Shown here piece after piece: positions 26,363 through 32,405 of a DNA stretch of 32,405 nt (within the stretch, counting starts at the first letter, position 1; each line of letters opens with the position of its first letter). The notes beneath the pieces are model-generated. The model was not told the DNA's origin. It saw nothing but the letters and a program-made list of their open reading frames with translations, and did no database searches. Origin of the DNA: Candidatus Omnitrophota bacterium (GTDB taxonomy: Bacteria; Omnitrophota; Gorgyraeia; Aquiviventales; Aquiviventaceae); the NCBI GenBank assembly GCA_016206725.1, contig JACQRA010000016.1, positions 1 through 32,405 of the forward strand. Reading direction: 5' to 3'. The translations under genes and the position numbers were made by a program.

Positions 26363-27357
26363 CGGACACGTGCCTCCTCATGGTGTGGCATGGTCTCGAC
26401 ACTCGCTCGGCGCGCCTCCACAGGCTGTGCGATGAGCACCCACAACGCGGCATGCTCGGCGGAAGGGGCGAGGCTCTTGGCGAACCACGGCCGCACCCGC
26501 CTAGCCAAGAGCGGCACGATGAGCCGCTTGAGCAACCCCTTCAGTCGGAGAGATTGCAACGCGCGACCCAACAGCACCAGCCCGTGCAGGATTGGGCGCG
26601 TGCTCATGTCCCATCGGCGAACCGCTCCGACGTGTAGAACCGGTATCGCCCCGTGCAACCGGAAACCCGCCGCGGTGAGCCGTTCTTCCCACTGCGCGCG
26701 ATGGCCGGTGAGTCGCGTCAGCGTGCGAAAGCGGCCGTTGTCAATCCACTCGAAGAACCGGGCACGCCAGTGGCGACCGTTGCGCCGGTATCGTTGGGCG
26801 CGATGATGCGACTGGAGTTGCCCGCCGAAGGTATCGTTCGGCACCACCAGCACGAGTCGACCGTCATCCCGCACAACGCGATGCATCTCGCGCAACCCGG
26901 CCTGCCAATCCGGCAGCCAGTAGAGGATATTGCAGAAGACCGTCGCAAACGAACGATGAGCGAACGGCAGCGCCTGCCCGTCACCCTGCACCAGGGAGCG
27001 ATACGTCGCCGTCCGTCGGGCCTTGTCGAGTAAGCCCGCCTTGTGGTCCAGCCCGACCGTCACGAGCCGTCGGGGGGGTGTGGCCTCGAGGCGCGTCATC
27101 GACGCGGCCGTGTCGTAGAGATCGCCGCGCAGGCGCAGGCGGGTGTCGGTATAGCGGTCATACGAGAGCCGCACCCGCCCTCCCGACGCGATCAGCATGA
27201 AGAGCCCGTCGCCGCAGCCCATATCCAGCGAGGGCTCGCCCATCAGCATCGACGCCAGGACGGACGCCACCGACGCATCCCACACCGCGTCGAAGGGTTT
27301 GAGCCAGTTCGCTTCGAGGAAGCGACGCAGGCAGCGTTCAGCGTCTGCTGACGGCAT
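26359..27357 (-). CDS. Class I SAM-dependent methyltransferase
   Basis: Track ORF trimmed to ATG 27357, giving a 20-nt overlap with the upstream gene end; the start is uncertain. Motif I is SLDMGCGDGLF. Later motifs: FATVFCNILYWLPD and VVRDDGRLVLVVPND. Confidence 0.8.
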   Translation of the reverse strand: MPSADAERCLRRFLEANWLKPFDAVWDASVASVLASMLMGEPSLDMGCGDGLFMLIASGGRVRLSYDRYTDTRLRLRGDLYDTAASMTRLEATPPRRLVTVGLDHKAGLLDKARRTATYRSLVQGDGQALPFAHRSFATVFCNILYWLPDWQAGLREMHRVVRDDGRLVLVVPNDTFGGQLQSHHRAQRYRRNGRHWRARFFEWIDNGRFRTLTRLTGHRAQWEERLTAAGFRLHGAIPVLHVGAVRRWDMSTRPILHGLVLLGRALQSLRLKGLLKRLIVPLLARRVRPWFAKSLAPSAEHAALWVLIAQPVEARRASVETMPHHEEARVR

Positions 27358-27982
27358 GGGTCGCCTGGCGTTTGCGCAGCACCTGTTCGGCCAGCCACAG
27401 ATCGAACGGCTCGTCAATGTCGATATGCTGCTCCCGGTCCAGGAGCACCCGCTCGATCTTCGTGCCGTACCGGTCCCCGGAGCGGATCAGATCCGCCTTC
27501 ATCACGTAGACGTTGCCGTCGTCATAGAAGAAGCCATCGATGTCCTGACGCCGATGCTCCTGGCGATCCTTGGCGTAGGCCGTGTATTTGCAGATGAAGC
27601 CGGTCGCCAACGAGTCCGCTCCCGTGTCGAGAAACCGCTGGATGCAACGGTCAATCAGATCGACATCCCGCACCGGGCACGGCGCCTGGAGGATCACGAC
27701 GACGTCGGCGGGAATGCGCTCCAGCGCGTGTTGCAAGACGCCGAGCATCGGCGCGTCGTCGGTCGCCAACGCCGCCGGGCGGTCGAGCACCTCCGCGCCG
27801 CACTGCCGCGCCACGGCCGCAACCTCCGCGTCTTCGGTTGACACCACGTAGCGGTCGAGGCGTGCCGCGGCCTTCGCCGCCTCAATCGTCCAGGCGAGGA
27901 GCGGTTTGCCACAGAGGGGCCGAATGTTCTTGCGCGCAAGCCCCTTGCTCCCCCCACGCGCCGGTGTGACGCCAAGGATCAT
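27338..27982 (-). CDS. neuA: Acylneuraminate (nonulosonate) cytidylyltransferase, NeuA/CTP_transf_3 family, copy 1
   Basis: Trimmed to ATG 27982 (ATGA overlap with the radical SAM stop). MILGVTPARGGSKGLARKNIRPLCGKPLLAWTI is the canonical CMP-NulO synthetase P-loop. The symbol is used in the family sense only; the actual nonulosonate is unknown. Confidence 0.88.
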   Translation of the reverse strand: MILGVTPARGGSKGLARKNIRPLCGKPLLAWTIEAAKAAARLDRYVVSTEDAEVAAVARQCGAEVLDRPAALATDDAPMLGVLQHALERIPADVVVILQAPCPVRDVDLIDRCIQRFLDTGADSLATGFICKYTAYAKDRQEHRRQDIDGFFYDDGNVYVMKADLIRSGDRYGTKIERVLLDREQHIDIDEPFDLWLAEQVLRKRQATHAVSRR

Positions 27983-29913
27983 CCGCGTTTCTCGCAATCG
28001 GATTGATCCGCCTGGGCGAATTGCGTCGAGATATCCTGCTTGGCGAGTGCTCGCATCATCGTTCGAATCTCATTCAGGCGGGCAGAATCTAAGCGCCCGC
28101 CTTGATTGAATTCGTGGGCACCGGTCAATACCGGCACTCCCGGAGATGCGTCGACAGCCGCGGGTCCTTCCTCCAAAGCGACATCTCTCAGTTGCCACAG
28201 CTGCCAGATGCGCGGCACGAACGCCTCGGCAAATGTGGGATCCGTTTCACAGGCGGCAAGAAATGGACGCATCCACACAGGCAATGCGCCGCGCCGTTGT
28301 TCCAGCTCGTGCGTGGACACCGGCTCCCGGATCGCATCGGCATGACAAGAATCGTCAGGTGTCTGTTGATCCATTGCCTCTCCGAATTTTTTCCAATACA
28401 AGCAGCGAAAGATGATGGAGGTGAGCCGGCTCGAAAGCAGCCTGTCGGTCCCGCACTCATCGATCAGCGGCCAGAGCCATTCCGGGGCCACGACGTAGTA
28501 CGAAAAGAAGTCTCGCAAGCGCACGAGCTCCTTCCTTGTCAGATCCGCCAACTTCAACACCGACCCGACGTTCTTGGTGTAGGTCATAAAATGCTCAGTG
28601 GGTTGAGCCAGCAGGCTCGCTTCGAACTCCGTGTCGAGTAATCCGTTCGATTCGCAGAACGTCCGAATGGGAGTCCCTTTGTACGGGTAGAAAATGCCCA
28701 CCGCCTGGGCTTCTGTCTTCAAGCGCACGTTGAGGCGGATGGTTTCGAAAATATCCGCCCGACGCTCAAAGGGAAGACCGATCATGTTGAACGAGACGCC
28801 TCGAATCCCCTGCTCGCGGAGCAGCTGATAGGCTTGCTCGTAGGCCGCCGTGTCAATGTTCTTATCCAATACACCTCGTCGCAAATCCACATTGCCGGTT
28901 TCCAACCCCAGGCTCGCCGTCGCGCAGCCAAACTGCTTGAGGAGTTTGGCCGTGCGAGGCGTCACCGATGACGAGATCGTCTCAATCGCAAACGGAATGC
29001 CGATCGTCCGGCTGTACTCTGTCGCGAGACGCTCCAAGCGTTCATCGCTCATCAACAAGAACGTTTCATCCCAGAATTTGATGAATTCAATGCCGTAGTG
29101 CCGTGTAAACCACGCAATCTCTTGAATGACACGCGCGACGGATTTCTCGCGATGATAATTGCCTTTACCCTTGTAGATCTGCTGGAGCTCAACGTTGATG
29201 CAATAGGAGCACGTAAAGGGACATCCCCGGCTCATCTCGAAATCGCCATACTTGTAGACGTGCCCATCGAAGGGCTTATAGAAAGCCGAGTCAGGATAGA
29301 TCGTCCAATCCGGATAGGGCAGGGTATCCAAATCTTGCCTCAGCGGGCGTACATGGTTGCGGATCATCTCGCCATTCAGCGTCTTGATCCACAGGTTCTC
29401 GACGGTACTCAGATCTTCTCCGCGATCAACGCGTGCCGCGACCTCCGCTAAGACTTCCTCGCCCTCGCCCAGGCAGACCATGTCAACACAAGGTTCTCGA
29501 AGCACCCCATCGGGGTCCACCGTGGCGTGCACGCCCCCAACGATCGTGGGAATACGGAAGTGCTGACGGACGGATCGGAGCGCTTGCAGCCCAAAGGGGT
29601 AATCATCAGAGAGGACCGACAGCCCGATCATATCCGGACTCGTCTCGTCGATCATCTTGAGTAAGTCGTCGAGCGCCTCTTGGCGGCTCACTCGGCGTCG
29701 AGGCGGGAGCCGTTCAGGGTTGCGCAGCTGCCTGAACTCCAGCGAGACTTCCCCCAAGCCTCGATCGTCCATTCCCCCGCTCAGATCGTACTGCGTGAAG
29801 TCAAACAACCTGAACTCATGCCCAGCCTGTTTCAAGACAGCCGCAAGCGAGGCGATGCCGATGGGCTTGTTCCCTGTCGCCCATTGATTGGGATAGATCA
29901 TCAAGAAGCGCAT
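27979..29913 (-). CDS. B12-binding-domain radical SAM enzyme (class B), copy 2, with ~140-aa extra C-terminal region
   Basis: ATG 29913. Motifs: MRFLMIYPNQ..., IPTIVGGVHATV, VDMVCLGEGEE, and EMSRGCPFTCSYC (CX3CX2C). It aligns by eye along its length with 15408..17006, for example NLWIK/NLWVK and PYKGTPIRT/PYHGTPLRT. The C-terminal tail (from about WKKFGEAMDQQ...) has no counterpart in copy 1. Confidence 0.9.
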   Translation of the reverse strand: MRFLMIYPNQWATGNKPIGIASLAAVLKQAGHEFRLFDFTQYDLSGGMDDRGLGEVSLEFRQLRNPERLPPRRRVSRQEALDDLLKMIDETSPDMIGLSVLSDDYPFGLQALRSVRQHFRIPTIVGGVHATVDPDGVLREPCVDMVCLGEGEEVLAEVAARVDRGEDLSTVENLWIKTLNGEMIRNHVRPLRQDLDTLPYPDWTIYPDSAFYKPFDGHVYKYGDFEMSRGCPFTCSYCINVELQQIYKGKGNYHREKSVARVIQEIAWFTRHYGIEFIKFWDETFLLMSDERLERLATEYSRTIGIPFAIETISSSVTPRTAKLLKQFGCATASLGLETGNVDLRRGVLDKNIDTAAYEQAYQLLREQGIRGVSFNMIGLPFERRADIFETIRLNVRLKTEAQAVGIFYPYKGTPIRTFCESNGLLDTEFEASLLAQPTEHFMTYTKNVGSVLKLADLTRKELVRLRDFFSYYVVAPEWLWPLIDECGTDRLLSSRLTSIIFRCLYWKKFGEAMDQQTPDDSCHADAIREPVSTHELEQRRGALPVWMRPFLAACETDPTFAEAFVPRIWQLWQLRDVALEEGPAAVDASPGVPVLTGAHEFNQGGRLDSARLNEIRTMMRALAKQDISTQFAQADQSDCEKRG

Positions 29914-29924
29914 GTTAGGCCCAT

Positions 29925-29931
29925 TCCTCCC
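29925..29931 (-). promoter_or_regulatory. Possible Shine-Dalgarno (GGGAGGA) for radical SAM copy 2, in the only real intergenic gap
   Basis: Reverse strand reads ...CCGGGAGGAATGGGCCTAACATG. The spacing of 11-12 nt is rather long. Confidence 0.3.
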
Positions 29932-29966
29932 GGATCACGGCGAAGGCCTCGGCGTAACCCCCAGCC

Positions 29967-30797
29967 TCATGACGGGGACACCTCAAGGCGTCGTTCAGGA
30001 ATCTCCGCCTCCTCGAGCGGGAGCGAAATCAGACGTAGGGGCGTCTCCGGCCGGCTGAGGAACCGTCCCACCACCTCCTGCTCGAGATGGCGCAGATACC
30101 GCGCCAATACCTCTTCAGTGAAATCCGCATCGCGGTAGTATCGGCCATTGGTCACCGGCCATTGGGGAACCTGAGGCAGGCGCTGACCTGTCCGGACCAA
30201 ACGCACCTCGCGCCGCAGCGCCTCGGCGCTTGCCGCAATGACGCGGCAGCCCGCCGTGTGGACGGTATCCCCCGCCCTGATGCCGGGGCGCACATGGGCG
30301 ATAATGGGTCCGGTATCAACGCCCTCGTCGAGATGCAGCAGGGTCGCGCCGACATACTCTAACTCACCGTCGACAAACGGCCAGAAATTGGTCCCGCTGC
30401 CTCGGGCGTACGGCGAGAGGCCCAGATGCAGATTCACGGTGCGGCCTGCCGGCAACCGCGAGAGCAAGGAAAGGCGAATCAGGGAGGCGCCGAACACGAC
30501 GCACAGGTCGGGGCGGAAGGCCTCGACGACGCGGCAGGTTGATGGAAGATTGACGTCTCGATAGAGTATCGGGAGGGTGGCGGAGAGGAACGTCTCATGG
30601 CCGGTAAACCACGCCTGTTCCGTCTCTTGTCGAAGCCGGAAGTGAGCCTGCAGGCGCGGGGACAGTCCAGCCCCCCGCCGGTCCTCGTCGCTCGGTTGGC
30701 ATTCGGAGACGACCAGTGTATCGTCGGCGTGCCGCGCGAGCGTGTTCGCCACAAACTTGTGCCGCAGGGCATTGCTGGTCAACACGAGCAACCTCAT
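29967..30797 (-). CDS. Formyltransferase (Formyl_trans_N, Fmt/PurN-like) lacking a tRNA-binding C-domain
   Basis: Track ORF trimmed to ATG 30797 (ATGA overlap), giving MRLLVLTSNALRHKF. The catalytic region is TVNLHLGLSPYARGSGTNFWPF, followed by ATLLHLDEGVDTGPII. Confidence 0.85.
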   Translation of the reverse strand: MRLLVLTSNALRHKFVANTLARHADDTLVVSECQPSDEDRRGAGLSPRLQAHFRLRQETEQAWFTGHETFLSATLPILYRDVNLPSTCRVVEAFRPDLCVVFGASLIRLSLLSRLPAGRTVNLHLGLSPYARGSGTNFWPFVDGELEYVGATLLHLDEGVDTGPIIAHVRPGIRAGDTVHTAGCRVIAASAEALRREVRLVRTGQRLPQVPQWPVTNGRYYRDADFTEEVLARYLRHLEQEVVGRFLSRPETPLRLISLPLEEAEIPERRLEVSPS

Positions 30798-31807
30798 CGT
30801 CGCTCGTGCTCCTGAATCATCTGGGTCAGCTTGGCGTGGATGGTCTCGGCGGTATCCGAGCTGGTCGGGGCGAAACGTCCCAGTTCCAACGGAGAGGACG
30901 TCTTCGTATTGACGACTTCCTGCACGGTGAAGGCCAGCTCGTACTCCCGGGTGCGGCGGAGGAGGGTTTCCCAAGTCAAGCAATCCTGTGGATCGCCAAA
31001 GGGGTAGCTCAAGGCGTTGACCGGCACCTCGAGGGTGCGCTCGAGATACCTCTTGGGCTCAACGACCTCTTCTAGAAACTCCGCCTCGTCGAGATTCGCC
31101 CCGGCGATCGAGACGTGGGAATGCGAATGGACCCCGATGGCGTGCCCAAGCTGCAGGATGTCCTCGACCTGTCTCCGGTCAAGGTGCATCTGCGTGAGGA
31201 TGTCTGGATGGTCGTGCAGCAACGAGCGCCGGTAGATATGCAGGAGGACGCGCCGCGTCTGATGAGGGGGTAACCGGTACGTGAGCGTGCGCTTGAAGGC
31301 GGCGATTGCCATCCACGGATCATCCCGGCCTCGGCGAAACGGGATGTCGTAGTCTCCTGGCGAGAGCCCTTCCTCCTCCAGGGCAGCCCGATAGTGCTGC
31401 AAGAACCGCTCGAGGCCGTAGGCGGCGATGCCGTAGTGCACGATGATCGGATTCGCCGGCAACCGATCTCGCAGGATGCAGGTGGGAATGAAGAAGAACG
31501 CCCGAATGCCGCGCGCGGAGAGCATCCGGGCGGCGTCCACGTGTTCGGCCAATCCGTCATCGAAGGTCAGGAGCACACCGTAGCGGTGAGGTTCCACGCC
31601 TCTCGATCCATAGGCGATCGCCCACGCCTCCTCGGGCGAGAGCAACTCATAGCGCCGCTGAAACAGCGCGAGGTGATCGGACAATTGATCGAGGGACAAC
31701 CCAAGGAGGCGAGGAAACCGATCTTGCGCCTTGGGCGGACGGAGGTAGTGGTAACACAACGCGAGATACCCTGTGGTTGCGCAGGCCCTCCCCGCCGTCA
31801 CGGTCAT
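30794..31807 (-). CDS. CE4/NodB-family polysaccharide (sugar N-/O-) deacetylase
   Basis: The ATG at 31807 overlaps the upstream TGA by 1 nt. Motifs: LLTFDDGLAEH, GVHSHSH, LSYPFG. It carries a long insert between motifs 1 and 2, as does the CE4 domain at 2722..4581. Confidence 0.85.
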   Translation of the reverse strand: MTVTAGRACATTGYLALCYHYLRPPKAQDRFPRLLGLSLDQLSDHLALFQRRYELLSPEEAWAIAYGSRGVEPHRYGVLLTFDDGLAEHVDAARMLSARGIRAFFFIPTCILRDRLPANPIIVHYGIAAYGLERFLQHYRAALEEEGLSPGDYDIPFRRGRDDPWMAIAAFKRTLTYRLPPHQTRRVLLHIYRRSLLHDHPDILTQMHLDRRQVEDILQLGHAIGVHSHSHVSIAGANLDEAEFLEEVVEPKRYLERTLEVPVNALSYPFGDPQDCLTWETLLRRTREYELAFTVQEVVNTKTSSPLELGRFAPTSSDTAETIHAKLTQMIQEHERR

Positions 31808-32151
31808 CAGTAGGCCGTCATGATGTTCACCAAATGCCCCAGTCGATCAATCACCGGAATCAAGAAAATGTGCTGTTGCTCAAAAATGGCCTTGGCCCGG
31901 TCGGCTTCTTCGGCGGTGACCGCGATGAAGTGGGTGTTCATCGCCTGGTGGACCGGCATCGAGAGGACACGGTGATCCAGCACGGCTTTGCGGATATCGC
32001 CGTCGCTGAGCGTGCCGACCACCACGCCGCGCGCATCCACCACCACGACGCTGCGATGGTTGTTCTGCTCGATCAGCGCCATCGCGGTCTCGATCGTGTC
32101 ATTATCGGAGACCGTGTACGGAGACTCAGGAGCTCGACGCGTCCCGCGCAT
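31807..32151 (-). CDS. Stand-alone CBS-pair (Bateman) domain protein
   Basis: The ATG at 32151 overlaps the upstream TAA by 1 nt. The 114-aa protein has two CBS repeats (SVVVVDARGVVVGTLSDGDIRKAV and LIPVIDRLGHLVNIMT) and no catalytic domain attached. Confidence 0.8.
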   Translation of the reverse strand: MRGTRRAPESPYTVSDNDTIETAMALIEQNNHRSVVVVDARGVVVGTLSDGDIRKAVLDHRVLSMPVHQAMNTHFIAVTAEEADRAKAIFEQQHIFLIPVIDRLGHLVNIMTAY

Positions 32152-32405
32152 TAGTAGGCCAAGGCCTTGAAGAGCAGCCGCTCATCAAGGGGAATAGTGG
32201 AGAGTGTTTCAAGAATTCGCTCGCTGGCATGGCCGTCTCCGTACGGATTCTGCAACCCCGACAAGCCGGCGCGAAAGGCGGACGAAAGTGCGCGCTCGAT
32301 GGCGCTCAGGATGGCGCCTTTCTCGTGGCCCACGTTCAAGACATTGCCAGCCTGCATCCGACCCGCCTGCCGACGCCCGATGTTCACCACCGGCAGCTCA
32401 AAGGA
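32151..32405 (-). CDS. neuC: UDP-N-acetylglucosamine 2-epimerase (hydrolysing), NeuC/LegG/PseG-neighbour type; C-terminal 84 aa only, 5' end outside the window
   Basis: The frame is open to the window edge: SFELPVVNIGRRQAGRMQAGNVLNVGHEKGAILSAIERAL...LQNPYGDGHASERILETL. The NIGxRQxGR and NPYGDGxAS motifs are characteristic of the C-terminus of NeuC-type Epimerase_2 enzymes. Confidence 0.8.
   Translation of the reverse strand, partial: SFELPVVNIGRRQAGRMQAGNVLNVGHEKGAILSAIERALSSAFRAGLSGLQNPYGDGHASERILETLSTIPLDERLLFKALAY

Noticed and set aside
15408-29913. Reading the three radical SAM enzymes (two B12-type, one SPASM), the AsnB homologue, the PhyH oxygenase and the methyltransferases as a RiPP (modified peptide) gene cluster.
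   Set aside because: There is no small precursor ORF and essentially no intergenic space to hold one. The genes are interleaved and translationally coupled with NeuA/NeuC-like enzymes, glycosyltransferases, a flippase and a Wzy_C protein. A peptide substrate encoded elsewhere cannot be strictly excluded.
27338-29913. The cytidylyltransferase plus B12 radical SAM pair as a Fom1/Fom3-like phosphonate pathway.
   Set aside because: No PEP mutase, phosphonopyruvate decarboxylase or other phosphonate genes are in the window. The cytidylyltransferase has the NeuA-type P-loop. The parallel is kept only as a mechanistic analogy.
29935-29958. An imperfect inverted repeat around AGGCCT in the 53-nt gap, considered as a rho-independent terminator.
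   Set aside because: The stem is short and mismatched, and the loop would be too small. No U-tract follows on the coding strand.
1-32405. A search by eye for CRISPR repeats, tandem or direct repeats, IS ends, transposase or integrase genes, tRNA or other structured RNA genes, and toxin-antitoxin or defence-system genes.
   Set aside because: None were seen, and coding density is effectively 100% on one strand. The only duplications are diverged paralogous genes (two B12 radical SAMs, two CE4, two GT4, two CTP_transf_3), not nucleotide-level repeats.

Overview
High-GC bacterial DNA: hand counts give about 65% G+C in typical stretches, with local dips. All 32.4 kb is filled by 28 co-directional minus-strand CDS, and both edge genes are truncated. 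I saw no tRNA/rRNA, CRISPR array, IS/transposase, integrase or long repeat. The only non-coding gap longer than 8 nt is 29914..29966 (53 nt). Most junctions are stop/start overlaps (ATGA, GTGA, TGATG), so this reads as one translationally coupled super-operon.

The content is a surface-glycan biosynthesis and assembly cluster built around a sialic-acid-like (nonulosonic acid, NulO) pathway.
- NulO pathway genes: a NeuC-like hydrolysing 2-epimerase (right edge), two different CTP_transf_3 cytidylyltransferases, a DegT aminotransferase, an extended SDR and a classical SDR.
- Assembly genes: MOP/Wzx flippase, Wzy_C/O-antigen-ligase-like protein, GT-C membrane transferase, GT2, two GT4, and two large uncharacterised putative transferases.
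- Tailoring genes, unusually dense: two paralogous B12-binding radical SAM enzymes, one radical SAM/SPASM enzyme, a PhyH Fe(II)/2OG dioxygenase, three to four SAM methyltransferase domains, two CE4 deacetylases, a formyltransferase, a NodU-type carbamoyltransferase, an AsnB amidotransferase, an LbH O-acetyltransferase and a HAD hydrolase.

The best candidate for something undescribed is the radical-SAM/oxygenase/methyltransferase tailoring machinery wired into a CMP-nonulosonate pathway. All functions are inferred from motifs I read in the translations. No database search was run.

The track ORFs use ATG/GTG/TTG as M and are maximal. I trimmed many N-termini to the start that abuts the upstream stop.
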